Below, piece after piece: positions 49,927 to 59,752 of a stretch of 64,000 nucleotides of DNA. The stretch covers positions 29,017 to 93,016 of the forward strand of contig JBGPJO010000001.1 of assembly GCA_041485465.1 (NCBI GenBank), written 5' to 3'. The number at the start of each line of letters is the position of its first letter. The first letter of the stretch is position 1. The notes under the pieces are model-generated. The model worked only from the letters and a program-made list of their open reading frames with translations, ran no database searches and was not told the DNA's origin. A program made the position numbers and the translations under genes. This stretch comes from Minisyncoccia bacterium. Its GTDB lineage: Bacteria; Patescibacteriota; Minisyncoccia; Phycocordibacterales; JAKFXT01.

Positions 49927-50319
49927 CTATCTGCTTTCCCCGAAGGCTTCATCAGGAGTGTCGGCATCGGCATCGGTTTTTGTCTTATGAATCGTCCCCT
50001 CAATATGATTCGGCGGAGCGTATACGGTATAAATCTTAAGGGGAACAGCTCCGGTATTTATAAAATTATGTTTGGTGCCGGGAGTGACAACAACGACATC
50101 TCCCTCGGACACTCTGCTCTCTTCGCCGTTCAAAACCGCTTTCCCCGTCCCCCGAAGAAAAAATAGTGTTTGCTCAACATGCTCGTGGGTTTCCTCCCCG
50201 ACTTCTCCTCCTTTTTCAATTTCCATCACTACAAGCTGGCTCTTTTCCCCCGTGAAAAGCACCCTTCTAAAATAGCTGTTATTTTCTGTCTCTCTGACAA
50301 TGTTAGTTTTGTATGACAT
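49927..50319 (-). CDS. Cupin domain protein
   Basis: FRRVLFTG, ETHEHVEQ, PGTKHNFIN, TVYAPPNH. Confidence 0.9.
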   Translation of the reverse strand: MSYKTNIVRETENNSYFRRVLFTGEKSQLVVMEIEKGGEVGEETHEHVEQTLFFLRGTGKAVLNGEESRVSEGDVVVVTPGTKHNFINTGAVPLKIYTVYAPPNHIEGTIHKTKTDADADTPDEAFGESR

Positions 50320-50323
50320 CACC

Positions 50324-50797
50324 TTATGCTATCAGGTTTTTAAGGTCGGCAATAACTTCTTCCGCATGAATTTCGGGTTTTACTTTTTCATAGATCTTCA
50401 CGATAGTACCCCTAGGATCAATCAAAAATGAAGTGCGGAGAGTCCCCATGTATTCGCGCCCCATGAATTTTTTCATTCCGAAAACCCCGTACTGCGTAAC
50501 TACTTTCTTCTCCGGATCGGCAAGTAGCGTGAACGGCAGATTATATTTCTCGGCAAATTTCTTATGGCTTTTTTCCGAATCAATGCTCACCCCGAGAACT
50601 TCCGCCTTCATTTTTCCGAAAGCGGGAAGATTGTCACGAATCATGCATGCTTCTTTGGTACATCCGGTCGTATCGTCTTTCGGATAAAAGTAAAGCAATA
50701 CCCATTTATTTTTATAATTGGAAAGAGAATGCTGTTTTCCCTCTTGATCAGAGAGAGTAAAATCGGGCGCTTTTGATCCGACGGTTAGCGTTTTCAT
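50324..50797 (-). CDS. bcp: Peroxiredoxin BCP/PrxQ
   Basis: LYFYPKDDTTGCTKEAC motif. Confidence 0.95.
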   Translation of the reverse strand: MKTLTVGSKAPDFTLSDQEGKQHSLSNYKNKWVLLYFYPKDDTTGCTKEACMIRDNLPAFGKMKAEVLGVSIDSEKSHKKFAEKYNLPFTLLADPEKKVVTQYGVFGMKKFMGREYMGTLRTSFLIDPRGTIVKIYEKVKPEIHAEEVIADLKNLIA

Positions 50798-50828
50798 AGC
50801 AAGTATTATAGCGATATCAGTGTCAACT

Positions 50829-51269
50829 TCAATGAAATGAAAGAGGTTTGACGGGTGTCATGACCGACTCCGGATCATCTCTCCAACGATCCGAAACATC
50901 CGCGTAGAGCTCAAGCTCGTTTTTATCGGGATCGAGAATATAGATGCTGTGAGTGACGCCATGATCCCCTGTTCCGACAATCGGAACGCCTTTTTCCTTG
51001 AGTTCCCGAAAAACCTCCCTGGCATCTTCTTTAGAATCGCCAATTTTGAAACCGATATGATAAAGACAGGGCTTTGGAAAACTTTTCTCGTCGGGAATGC
51101 CGCCAACCTCAATCAAGAGAAGCTCGTGATGAGTCCGCCCCGAAGAAAAAGCGGCAAGTCCTTCCCGCCGCACGATCTCACGAAATCCGAGAGTATCGCG
51201 ATAAAAATCCGCAGAACGCTTCAGGTCAGATACATAGAGCACCACATGACCAAGTTCCTTAATTTGCAT
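50829..51269 (-). CDS. VOC/glyoxalase family protein
   Basis: LGHVVLYVSD, HHELLL, LYHIGF, YILDPDKNELELY. Confidence 0.9.
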   Translation of the reverse strand: MQIKELGHVVLYVSDLKRSADFYRDTLGFREIVRREGLAAFSSGRTHHELLLIEVGGIPDEKSFPKPCLYHIGFKIGDSKEDAREVFRELKEKGVPIVGTGDHGVTHSIYILDPDKNELELYADVSDRWRDDPESVMTPVKPLSFH

Positions 51270-51338
51270 AGCAGAAGTTTATCGGGCAAAAGTAATTCGG
51301 GCAACTTCCTGCCCACAATCCGAATCTAAATTTTAATA

Positions 51339-51370
51339 ATAAAAAACCGCATAGAACTGTGGTTTTTTAT
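51339..51370. terminator. Probable terminator
   Basis: ATAAAAAACCGCA-TAGAAC-TGTGGTTTTTTAT. Confidence 0.65.
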
Positions 51371-51388
51371 TACCCCGTATGATCGTCT

Positions 51389-52216
51389 TTATTGAGTGAC
51401 CGTCGTTGATGAGGTTGAAGTCTCAAGATGAAAAGCTTTTAATCCCATGATGATCGTCTTTGCATCCTGTCGTGCCACCCTTAAATCCTGAGCGCCAGCC
51501 TTAAGCTTCATTCGGGCATTTTGGAGGGCTTGGTTATTTGCGGCAAGTTTCGCCGGATCGCCATTGTCCGGAGTAAGCGATGCGCTGTCGGAGACTGCGC
51601 CTTCCGCCTGTACCTTTGCGTCAGCGATTTTTGCGTTAAAGTCGGTAAGCGCTGCCTGAAGAGAACTGACGTCTTTCCCGGCATTTTGGGCCGCCGTAAT
51701 GCGAGTTTGGAGTTTCGTGCCAAGAGCTGTCATAGAATCGGAAAGCGTGAGTATTCCATCTGCCATCGCGGCAATCCTTCCTTGTGGAAGAATGAGAAGG
51801 AAAATTCGGTATGAACCGGCTATCGATTTTATGTCAGTCTTAAGAGTATCAATGTCGGTGTCTGCATCAATTTTCGCTTTAAGCGACGTCAGGGTGCTTA
51901 TCTGGGCATCAAGGGTCAAAGAGAGGCTTGTCTTTTGATCGGCAGAAAGTCTCTTTGCTGAATTGATTCTTGCCTTCAAATTTGTCAAGGATTCAATCCG
52001 GCGATTAATTTCCTGATCCGCCCGGCTTTTCCCCTTTTCTATTCTCGTTGCAATAGTTGCTTGAGCTTTAGCGCCAATCCCCGTGCCCCCGAGGGTAGTG
52101 CTTCCTGAGCCTTCAATGCCAAGATATTCGGCAGAAACGGGCGTTATTCCCAAAATAAAAACAATAGAGCTTACAATAACGGAGGCTATGGTTCTATGTA
52201 GTGTAGATTTTTTCAT
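51389..52216 (-). CDS. Secreted alpha-helical/coiled-coil protein
   Basis: Signal peptide then Ala/Lys/Leu-rich helical repeats. Confidence 0.8.
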   Translation of the reverse strand: MKKSTLHRTIASVIVSSIVFILGITPVSAEYLGIEGSGSTTLGGTGIGAKAQATIATRIEKGKSRADQEINRRIESLTNLKARINSAKRLSADQKTSLSLTLDAQISTLTSLKAKIDADTDIDTLKTDIKSIAGSYRIFLLILPQGRIAAMADGILTLSDSMTALGTKLQTRITAAQNAGKDVSSLQAALTDFNAKIADAKVQAEGAVSDSASLTPDNGDPAKLAANNQALQNARMKLKAGAQDLRVARQDAKTIIMGLKAFHLETSTSSTTVTQ

Positions 52217-52225
52217 ATTTGAGAA

Positions 52226-52522
52226 TTACTCGGTTTGGGGAACCGGTGTATCCTTAAAACTTTGATCGACCTGTGAAGAACTATTGTCGACAGCTTGGAG
52301 CTGTGCATCAACTGATGTCATATCTTTATCAAGAGATGCGTTTGAATTGTCCCGAGAGGAAATCGCGCTTGATTCCTGGTTTGATCCGGGGTTTTGAGTG
52401 TTAGTCACGGTTGTTGAGGGAGAGGGTGAAGTATTTTTGATTTCATGCCCTTTAAAAAACCACAGGCTAAAGAGCCCCGCAACGATCACCACGGGTATGC
52501 CAAATTTTGCAAGTAGAGACAT
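52226..52522 (-). CDS. Small membrane-anchored Ser/Thr-rich protein
   Basis: N-terminal TM, low-complexity tail; 9 bp upstream of the next gene. Confidence 0.7.
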   Translation of the reverse strand: MSLLAKFGIPVVIVAGLFSLWFFKGHEIKNTSPSPSTTVTNTQNPGSNQESSAISSRDNSNASLDKDMTSVDAQLQAVDNSSSQVDQSFKDTPVPQTE

Positions 52523-52606
52523 TGTGATGGATTACTATATTAATGAATAACAAGACGACCTTGATTATGTCGAGGATTATAGCATGAGAGTGCTATATGT
52601 CTATCC

Positions 52607-52636
52607 TCATTCATAAATAATGACGTAGGAACCTTA
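52607..52636 (+). repeat. Degenerate right half of the cassette repeat (outlier)
   Basis: AATGACGTAGGAACCTTA compared with consensus GACGTTGGAACC; intergenic. Confidence 0.35.
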
Positions 52637-52772
52637 AAAAAATTACATGCAATAAGACAGTCTTATTTTGCTGCATTGTATACTCATAATAAGATCCCGC
52701 TGGTAACGACCTCCAGTTCCTTATACTATGTAGCATTACGCTTTTTCGACCAGAAAAGGCTTCGTAATCGAT

Positions 52773-53246
52773 ATGGAATCTAAACTTCAAGAAAAAGAAA
52801 TAGTGCGTTTTTTTAAAGTGGCTCTTGTTCTCAAAGCTATCCACGGTGTCATTGAACTTATCGGCGGAATACTTATTTCCCTTATAAGCGGAGAAGCCGT
52901 GACGCTCCTCGTAACACGGCTTACCGAAGGAGAGCTTGCGGAAGACCCGAATGATTTTTTCACCACCTTTTTTGTCCGGAGCATCGAACACCTCGCGACA
53001 AGTGGGAAAGTATTTGCTGTCGCCTATCTCATTATTCACGGCCTGATAAATCTTACCCTCGCCCTAGGACTTTTGCGTGGAAAAAGGTGGGCATATCCTT
53101 CTGCCTTTGGATTGCTTATTCCCTTCGTCGTCTATCAAATATACCGGATTTCCCTCACCTATTCTCTCTGGCTTTTAGTCCTTACACTTTTTGATCTTGT
53201 GGTAATCGCCCTGATTTATCACGAATATAAAAAGTCAATTTCCTGA
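52773..53246 (+). CDS. DUF2127 family membrane protein
   Basis: LKAIHGVIELIGG, ELAEDPND, YLIIHG, WAYP, YQIYR. Confidence 0.82.
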   Translation: MESKLQEKEIVRFFKVALVLKAIHGVIELIGGILISLISGEAVTLLVTRLTEGELAEDPNDFFTTFFVRSIEHLATSGKVFAVAYLIIHGLINLTLALGLLRGKRWAYPSAFGLLIPFVVYQIYRISLTYSLWLLVLTLFDLVVIALIYHEYKKSIS

Positions 53247-53258
53247 AAAGGCAGCGTT

Positions 53259-54422
53259 CTATCTAGCAAATAATCGCTCAGTCATAAAAATACCGAGACC
53301 GACAAAAACAATTACCATTGCGACAATAAGAGTGAGGGTATCGCCATAGTGCTGCCACATATATCCGCCTCCGGCGCCCGCAATGAGCGCGCCAAAACCG
53401 GAAGCGGCATTCAAATAGCCATAGCCGAGACCTTTATACTTTTCTCTAATTAATTCCGAGAGATGAAAACGCTGTACCCCGTCGGTGAAAGCGGAAAAAA
53501 CACCCGCGCATAAGAACGCGACAATAAGAATGAGCGGCGTAGAAGATATATTTAAAACAAGGTAGGACAAGATAAGGAACGCGTAGCCAACCACGATGAC
53601 ACTACCGCTCCCCACACTATCAGCCACTCTTCCGGCGGGCCAGGAAAAAAGCGCGTACGAGACATTATAGATCATGTAAAAGAGGGGTATTGAAGCGATG
53701 GCGATACCGATATCTTGGGTTTTAAAAAGCAGGAGAGAAACGGGAAGTGTTCCGATTGAAAGAACAAAAATTGCCGCAATGTATGCCTTGAATCGAAGCG
53801 GTAACACTTCCGTCCCCGCGCCATTCCTTTTAGCGTCGATAATTCCCCGAATGTCTTTAACAAGAGAGAGGCTCAGTATCGCCGCGAGTCCCACGATAAA
53901 CGCCACAACAAAAATAATATTGAATCCCTGCTGAAATCGGCTGAGGAGGAGATACGCGACAAGAGGACCGAGGATCGCTCCGATTGTATCCATCGCCCGA
54001 TGATATCCGAACGACCTCCCCATCTCTTCTTTTGGAGCTGAGAGCGATATAAGAGCGTCCCGCGGAGAATCTCTTAGCCCCTTCCCCACCCGATCTAAAA
54101 CTCTAAGGCCTATTACTCCACCGACACTTTGAACGAGAATGTAGAATGGGCGGGAAAAAACCGAGATAGTATAGCCTAAAATCGCAAAAATTTTGCGCCG
54201 TTGTATCTTGTCAGACCACCAGCCTGAATATATTTTAATGAGGTTCGAAATCGCTTCCGCGATACCTTCTACAATACCGAGTGACCCGGCTCCGGATTTT
54301 AAAACCGAAATAAAGAAGGCCGGAAACACTGACAAAACCATCTCCGAGGAAAAATCATTAAAAAGGCTTGTCAGCCCGAGGAAAAATACGTTTTTTTGTA
54401 GGCCGAATATTCTGTCTTTCAT
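53259..54422 (-). CDS. MFS transporter
   Basis: SLFNDFSSEM, WSDKIQRRK, DRVGKGLRDSPRDA, GYHRAMDT; about 12 TM. Confidence 0.92.
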   Translation of the reverse strand: MKDRIFGLQKNVFFLGLTSLFNDFSSEMVLSVFPAFFISVLKSGAGSLGIVEGIAEAISNLIKIYSGWWSDKIQRRKIFAILGYTISVFSRPFYILVQSVGGVIGLRVLDRVGKGLRDSPRDALISLSAPKEEMGRSFGYHRAMDTIGAILGPLVAYLLLSRFQQGFNIIFVVAFIVGLAAILSLSLVKDIRGIIDAKRNGAGTEVLPLRFKAYIAAIFVLSIGTLPVSLLLFKTQDIGIAIASIPLFYMIYNVSYALFSWPAGRVADSVGSGSVIVVGYAFLILSYLVLNISSTPLILIVAFLCAGVFSAFTDGVQRFHLSELIREKYKGLGYGYLNAASGFGALIAGAGGGYMWQHYGDTLTLIVAMVIVFVGLGIFMTERLFAR

Positions 54423-54477
54423 ACCATGGGTATTATATAAGTGCTCCTAGTGTCGAGTTAAACTTAAACATTAACAG

Positions 54478-54681
54478 CTACAAAAATAATTCCTGCGTTA
54501 TATCGATCAGGTAATCGGGGTTGAGAGCACTCAGCGCCTTTTTTGAATTCGCCCCCTGGTCAAGCGATATTATTTTGATTCCCCCTTTTCTCGCCGCCTT
54601 AATATCCCTTACCTCATCACATAGTATGGTCTTGATACCCATAGTAATTTCGCGAACCCTTAAGTCTCCTAAGCTATACAT
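54478..54681 (-). pseudogene. C-terminal remnant of a HAD-family phosphatase
   Basis: CDEVRDIKAARKGGIKIISLDQGANSKKALSALNPDYLID matches HAD motif IV and C-terminus; no N-terminal DxD motif and no room for it. Confidence 0.55.
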
Positions 54682-54725
54682 CGCGGAAAATACTATTTGG
54701 AGCGCGAAAAATATGCCGAGTGGTG

Positions 54726-54959
54726 TTATGAAGGATTAGCGTTTAACGGAAGCCAGTCCATGAGTTTTTTTCGATGTTGATCAAGTGACCACAGGTCACC
54801 GTTCTTAAAAAGCGTCGTGTGCGAATCCTGGAATTTTTTTAAGAGCGAGACGGAAGCGCGCGGAAAATTTATGGGCATATTTCGATTATAGGATTCCAAA
54901 AAATCAGAAAGGGATATCTGCATTTGGCTTATCTTTAACTCTTCTCCGTGTTTTTTCAT
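54726..54959 (-). CDS. Hypothetical protein
   Basis: 77-aa ORF with TATTCT box upstream. Confidence 0.65.
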   Translation of the reverse strand: MKKHGEELKISQMQISLSDFLESYNRNMPINFPRASVSLLKKFQDSHTTLFKNGDLWSLDQHRKKLMDWLPLNANPS

Positions 54960-55050
54960 TGAAATTAAGAATACCACAAATCAACAAAAAATCAATGTTT
55001 TTAAAAAATTTAAAAACTCAAGAATAATTTATTGGTCAGGGGACATCTTT

Positions 55051-56259
55051 TTATTTCTTTTTCGGCAATATTCCCCACATCGCCCCGTCCTCTCCGCCAT
55101 CAAGTTTGAAGATTGCAATGCCGCGGATTCCGAGTTTTTTGGCAAGAGTGATCTTGTCGGCAATCGCTCCTGCGTCGCTCCAGGTCATCATCCGGAACAC
55201 TTGCGAAACGTTTGTCGTACTTGCGAACATAAGTGCCGCCCCTGCGACATCCTGGTTATTAGGAATAAATTGAGCGGCAGTGGTAATAGGCGTTGTTGTC
55301 GGCACATAAGAGAAAAACAATTCCCCCGCCCCATTGCGCATTGGCGTAATACCGAATGAGTTGGCAGTCGAGGTTGCATAGCCGGGATTGAAAGTCCACA
55401 GAGAGTCATAGCTAAAGCCATCGGCATAGGCGGTAACGTTATATTCGTAGCCATACGTTGGCACGCCGATTATTATCTTCTTCTTACTTATGTCTTTGGC
55501 GGCAAGCGTCACCACTTTCGTGACCCATGCTGGATCGGCCACCGGTGCGTAAAGCTTACTTGTCGATGATGCGTATGATATGAGCTTCAGGTCTATACCC
55601 TGCTGGTCGTAGGCCATAATGCGGACCCGATCGCAGTATTTATTGATCGCCTTGAAATCATTTGCGTAAAGTGACGCATCCGAGGGTGGCGTCGTGCCGA
55701 AGTAGCGATCTGCAGTAGGTGTGCGCGCTTCTATTGAACATATTACCCACTTATTCCCCATTCTCTGATATAGGCCTTTGAGGAAAGTGGAGAAATAATT
55801 TCTGTCGTCCGCACTTTTGCCTTCAAAATCGATATCAATGCCGTCAAAATCATTTTGTTTTACGAGCGCAGTGATGTTGTCTTCAAGAGCGATGCGCGAT
55901 TTAGTATTGCTTAATAAAGAGTGTAGGAGATTAGTGTTACTCGTCATGATGGTCGGGATAACACGAACCTTTTGTTGCTTCGCTGCAGCAATGAAGCTCC
56001 GCCACGGCTCTTCGTTAAGCCCGCCATTATCGAGAAATGTGCCATTGCTCTTCAGCGTATAGACGAATGGGTTTACTTCTGTGAGAGTGTTCAAATGCGG
56101 CAAGACATCAGCAGTGCCAGTTGCCGTCCTCCAGTATGGAATCCAGCCGGAGACTTCAAAAGATGCCGAGATAGAAGCGGCGGAAGCAAGCTGCGGAGCA
56201 AGCATAAATATGCTGAAAACAAAAATTGAGAAGCCAAGTTTTCTCGTAAATCTTTCCAT
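55051..56259 (-). CDS. Secreted glycoside hydrolase family 18 protein
   Basis: Signal peptide; FDGIDIDFE catalytic motif; RIMAYD; IIIGVPTYGY. Confidence 0.9.
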   Translation of the reverse strand: MERFTRKLGFSIFVFSIFMLAPQLASAASISASFEVSGWIPYWRTATGTADVLPHLNTLTEVNPFVYTLKSNGTFLDNGGLNEEPWRSFIAAAKQQKVRVIPTIMTSNTNLLHSLLSNTKSRIALEDNITALVKQNDFDGIDIDFEGKSADDRNYFSTFLKGLYQRMGNKWVICSIEARTPTADRYFGTTPPSDASLYANDFKAINKYCDRVRIMAYDQQGIDLKLISYASSTSKLYAPVADPAWVTKVVTLAAKDISKKKIIIGVPTYGYEYNVTAYADGFSYDSLWTFNPGYATSTANSFGITPMRNGAGELFFSYVPTTTPITTAAQFIPNNQDVAGAALMFASTTNVSQVFRMMTWSDAGAIADKITLAKKLGIRGIAIFKLDGGEDGAMWGILPKKK

Positions 56260-56311
56260 ATCTATTTAGTGTACTAGACGAACAGCAAATGTAAGAATTA
56301 CGAACAAAGTG

Positions 56312-56329
56312 AATGCCGGAACTATTTTA
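56312..56329 (+). repeat. Degenerate cassette repeat (right half) beside the copper ATPase stop
   Basis: AATGCCGGAACTATTTTA compared with GATGTTGGAACTATTTTA in the 61576 and 63861 copies. Confidence 0.55.
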
Positions 56330-56333
56330 ATGG

Positions 56334-58322
56334 CTAAAGTCTGGCACCCCTTAGGAATGAAGCGTTGATCGCCACAATTACTGTTGAAAGAGACATAAAA
56401 ACCGCCGCGACAGCAGGTTGCAGTATTATGCCGTACACGGCAAGCGCCCCGGCCGCGATGGGAAGAGCGATCACATTGTAGCCAGTTGCCCAAAACAAGT
56501 TTTGAATCATTTTCGTGTACGTGAGTCTCGAAAGTTTGATTATTTTCGGAATATCGCGCGGATCGTTCTTTACGAGAATAATTCCCGCCGATTCGATAGC
56601 GACGTTCGTCCCCGCACCGATCGCAATACCGAGATCGGCTTGAGTTAAGGCAGGCGCATCATTCACCCCATCGCCAACCATAGCTACCCGCTCCCCCCGA
56701 CTCTGAAGTTTCTTGACCGCATCCGCCTTTTGATCGGGAAGGACATGCGCAAAATACTCATCAATAGAAAGTTCTTTCGATACCCAGGCGGCCACATCTT
56801 CGGCATCGCCCGTTATCATGGCGATTTTAATATCCATTTGCTTGAGGGTGTGCACCGCTTCGCGTGATTCCTCACGTATGACATCCGCAAGAGCGATACT
56901 GCCAATTAACTCTTTCCCTCGTATAACATGCACCACTGTTTTTCCTTCGCGTTCATGTAATTGAATCACCCTTTCGTGGCTTTGTGGAATCTTCACCCCC
57001 TGCTCGCTAAACAGCGTCGAGGAACCTACATAGACGCGCTCCCCTTGAATTTCGACTCGCACGCCTTTTCCGCGCAAGTTTGAGAAAGACGAAGCGGTCG
57101 GGACGTTTATTTGTTTCTCTCTCGCGTACGAAACGATTGCGCGCCCTAAAGGATGCTCCGAGTCCGCATTTGCGGCGGCGGCAAGAGAGAGTGTTTCTAC
57201 TTCTGGCCCAATAACAGCCATGACTCCAAAAGAGCCCTTGGTGAGCGTGCCTGTCTTATCAAACAAAACAGTTGTGATGTTCCGGGCGGCTTCAAGCGCA
57301 AGCCGACGCTTCACAAAGAAGCCATTTCGAGAAGCCAGCGTAGTTGAAATTGATGCGACAAGCGGAATCGCAAGGCCAAGCGCATGCGGGCAGGCGATCA
57401 CCAAAACTGCCACAAGCCGCTCGACTGAAAATCCGAAACTCTCCCCAACGGAGAGCCAGGCAGCGAAGGTAATTCCGCCTGCCGCTACCGCGAGAATTGT
57501 GAGATAAAGGGCGGCGCGATCAGAGAGAAGCTGTAAGCGAGATTTTGAACTTTCCGCTTCCGCTACCAAACGCATAATTCCAGCGAGGAATGTCTGCTCA
57601 CCGAGCTTCTCGAGGAGAACTTTGAGGCTACCATCCCCGTTTATCGATCCGGCAATTACCTCTTTGCCTTTTTCTTTAAAAATAGGCCTTGATTCGCCGG
57701 TAATCAGAGATTCGTCAACCTCAGATTCCCCTTCTACCACAAGCCCGTCGGCCGGTACCTTGCCGCCTGGGCGAATTAGCACAACATCGCCCTGCCGCAG
57801 ATCTGAAATAGAAACTTTAATTGTTTCGCCGTACCGAATGACTTCTGCACTGTCGGGGATAAGCTTGGCAAGTTCGCGAAGTGCCCCTTTTGCTCCCTTC
57901 ACCGCCTTCATTTCGATCCAGTGACCAATAAGCATGACGGCGATTAATGTCGAAAGTTCCCAAAACAAAGTTTTACCATTTCCGAAGAGGACCGAACCGG
58001 CACTGTAGAGATACGCGGCAGAAATTGCGAGAGCAATGAGCGTCATCATTCCCGGAAGACGGTCTTTTAATTCGCCCCAGGCACCTTTCAGAAACACGAA
58101 TCCTCCATAGAAAAAGACGATACTCCCGAGCACAAAGGTAAGATATTCAGAACCAGGAAAAGTAGGCGCAGTTAAACCAAAAAATACTTTCGGCAAATCA
58201 GAATAGAAAATTATTGGAATCGTGAGAACAAGTGTCACCCAAAACTTTTTTAAAAAGTCCTCTGTGTGGTGCCCCGCGTGCCTGTCATGCTCTCCCCTCT
58301 CTTGTCCGTGAGAATGTTCCAT
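56334..58322 (-). CDS. P1B-type heavy-metal ATPase (CPH motif, CopB-like copper exporter)
   Basis: His-rich N-terminus, TGES, ACPHALGLA, DKTGT, SEHP, GDGVNDAP, YN and MSLS motifs. Confidence 0.95.
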   Translation of the reverse strand: MEHSHGQERGEHDRHAGHHTEDFLKKFWVTLVLTIPIIFYSDLPKVFFGLTAPTFPGSEYLTFVLGSIVFFYGGFVFLKGAWGELKDRLPGMMTLIALAISAAYLYSAGSVLFGNGKTLFWELSTLIAVMLIGHWIEMKAVKGAKGALRELAKLIPDSAEVIRYGETIKVSISDLRQGDVVLIRPGGKVPADGLVVEGESEVDESLITGESRPIFKEKGKEVIAGSINGDGSLKVLLEKLGEQTFLAGIMRLVAEAESSKSRLQLLSDRAALYLTILAVAAGGITFAAWLSVGESFGFSVERLVAVLVIACPHALGLAIPLVASISTTLASRNGFFVKRRLALEAARNITTVLFDKTGTLTKGSFGVMAVIGPEVETLSLAAAANADSEHPLGRAIVSYAREKQINVPTASSFSNLRGKGVRVEIQGERVYVGSSTLFSEQGVKIPQSHERVIQLHEREGKTVVHVIRGKELIGSIALADVIREESREAVHTLKQMDIKIAMITGDAEDVAAWVSKELSIDEYFAHVLPDQKADAVKKLQSRGERVAMVGDGVNDAPALTQADLGIAIGAGTNVAIESAGIILVKNDPRDIPKIIKLSRLTYTKMIQNLFWATGYNVIALPIAAGALAVYGIILQPAVAAVFMSLSTVIVAINASFLRGARL

Positions 58323-58368
58323 AACTCAAGTGTAGCAAATTCACATGTCAGAGATTTATAAAAAAGCG

Positions 58369-58401
58369 GATGCTGGGAATATTGTAGCAAAAGAAAAAGC
58401 C
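58369..58401 (+). repeat. Degenerate cassette repeat with shared downstream extension
   Basis: GATGCTGGGAAT-ATTGTAGCAAAAGAAAAAGCC; the extension is identical to that after the 59753 copy. Confidence 0.7.
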
Positions 58402-58405
58402 GTCC

Positions 58406-58867
58406 TTATGGAGGGGACGGCTTGAACCCAAGGCGCTTTATCGTCTCGGACATTACCTGCTTAGTCTTTTCCAAACGGTCAAGGAATTCAGACATCACGA
58501 AGTTCGGCTGCAAATCACTTGATTCCCTATACAATCTTACCCAAGGAGAAGCGCGGTCTGCAGCCACAATAAATGGCACTGCGCCGGCTATGGGGTACAC
58601 ATCGATTATGCTAGACCTGCTTAATGGGATAAGCCAGCTGTGCTGATGGCTGGTAGCGAAGTATCCATCATAGACAGAGACTTCAAAATAAGCTGCCAGT
58701 GCGTGACAAATGAGGTGGCACGAGACCTGATTTTTACAGGCGCCCCATCCGTGTTCGTTAGAATCGAACACGATATTCGGCATCTCGCGTATCACGGCAA
58801 CAACTCGAGTGAATGTTTCCATGTCAACAGGCAGGATTTTGCCTTTTGACGGTGCATAGAATTCCAT
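58406..58867 (-). CDS. Hypothetical cassette protein (possible Cys-His-Asp fold)
   Basis: 153-aa ORF; SCHLIC...HSWL...IIDV spacing recalls transglutaminase-like triads; own promoter and hairpin. Confidence 0.65.
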   Translation of the reverse strand: MEFYAPSKGKILPVDMETFTRVVAVIREMPNIVFDSNEHGWGACKNQVSCHLICHALAAYFEVSVYDGYFATSHQHSWLIPLSRSSIIDVYPIAGAVPFIVAADRASPWVRLYRESSDLQPNFVMSEFLDRLEKTKQVMSETIKRLGFKPSPP

Positions 58868-58909
58868 GACTGCTCCCGTTTTTCTGTGAAATTTGACTAG
58901 TCTGACAGA

Positions 58910-58938
58910 AACTTACGATATAAAAATTACCTAGTCAA
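58910..58938 (-). promoter_or_regulatory. Sigma70-type promoter of cassette gene
   Basis: TTGACT-17 nt-TAAGTT on the minus strand, next to the repeat. Confidence 0.6.
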
Positions 58939-58941
58939 TTA

Positions 58942-58962
58942 CTGGCCGCCGCGTGGTTCGAC
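58942..58962 (+). repeat. Degenerate cassette repeat (left part)
   Basis: CTGGCCGCCGCGTGGTTCGAC; shares CCGCGTG with the 59753 copy and TGGTTCGA with the 63861 copy; core lost. Confidence 0.5.
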
Positions 58963-58980
58963 CCGTATTGAATTAATGCC

Positions 58981-59319
58981 CTACATCCCCGGCATCTCCA
59001 TTATCTCCATCACCTCAATCGAGCCGTTAAACCTCGTGAGGTGCGGGCTATCCGCGAAGATTTTGGTGGCCGCGTCGTGTGACTCCGCTTGTACGATAGA
59101 GTATCCGCCGATGTCATTCTTAATATCGGTGACACCGTCCTTCCTGACCTGCTTGGTCTTCCCTACTGGCGCTCCTCCATCGACGAGATCTGCCTTGTGA
59201 TCAGTCATCCACTTCATCCACTCTGCCATACTCTCTTTCCGCTCCTCTGGTGTCCAGCTTGTCATCGCCTTCTGAAATTCCTCAATCGGTGCCTTATACA
59301 ACACAAAAAACTTTTTCAT
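58981..59319 (-). CDS. YciI/DGPF-like dimeric alpha+beta barrel protein
   Basis: MKKFFVLY...WMKW...GAPVG...DIGGYSIVQAES...SIEV. Confidence 0.8.
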   Translation of the reverse strand: MKKFFVLYKAPIEEFQKAMTSWTPEERKESMAEWMKWMTDHKADLVDGGAPVGKTKQVRKDGVTDIKNDIGGYSIVQAESHDAATKIFADSPHLTRFNGSIEVMEIMEMPGM

Positions 59320-59381
59320 ACGTTTTTTTTAATTAATTACTAAATAGTCCGAAGAGTATACACCAAAATCATAAAGAAAAC

Positions 59382-59408
59382 CCCGCCATTGGTGGGGATG
59401 TTGGAACC
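59382..59408 (+). repeat. Cassette repeat (right half intact)
   Basis: ...GGGGATGTTGGAACC(TTTTTA). Confidence 0.75.
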
Positions 59409-59485
59409 TTTTTAGGTAGAAACAAGCCCCTCTCGCATAACGATAAGGGGCTTACTCTTCTTTGATGATCATTTTCATCTCCTTT

Positions 59486-59701
59486 TTATTGTGGCCAGTT
59501 TACTTTCACGCCATGAGCAGCAAGATGCTTCAAAATCTCAGTCCACTTTTGCTTTGAGTGTTTCTTACACTCACTGCAGTTAATATTCCCGTATCTAACC
59601 GCCCCACATACGGGACAGACAGGATGGCTATGAGGCAGGGTTTCAAAACACGTGAGAAAGGGACAAGGCCCGTCAAAGTCCATTTTTTTAGCTTTACCCA
59701 T
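59486..59701 (-). CDS. Small Cys/His-rich putative zinc-binding protein
   Basis: CPFLTC..HSH..CPVC..CSEC; GGAGGT SD at 59706-59711. Confidence 0.75.
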   Translation of the reverse strand: MGKAKKMDFDGPCPFLTCFETLPHSHPVCPVCGAVRYGNINCSECKKHSKQKWTEILKHLAAHGVKVNWPQ

Positions 59702-59717
59702 AATCACCTCCAACAAC

Positions 59718-59746
59718 AATATATATTAAATAATGCAATCTGTCAA
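59718..59746 (-). promoter_or_regulatory. Near-consensus sigma70 promoter of cassette gene
   Basis: TTGACA-17 nt-TATATT on the minus strand, 6 bp from the repeat. Confidence 0.8.
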
Positions 59747-59752
59747 CTTCTG

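Noticed and set aside
49880-54470. Further faint repeat-like matches (GAAGCGCGAATC near 49890, ATCCGAATC near 51318, CGAGTTAAACT near 54454)
   Set aside because: Too degenerate to distinguish from chance by eye; a PWM test is needed.
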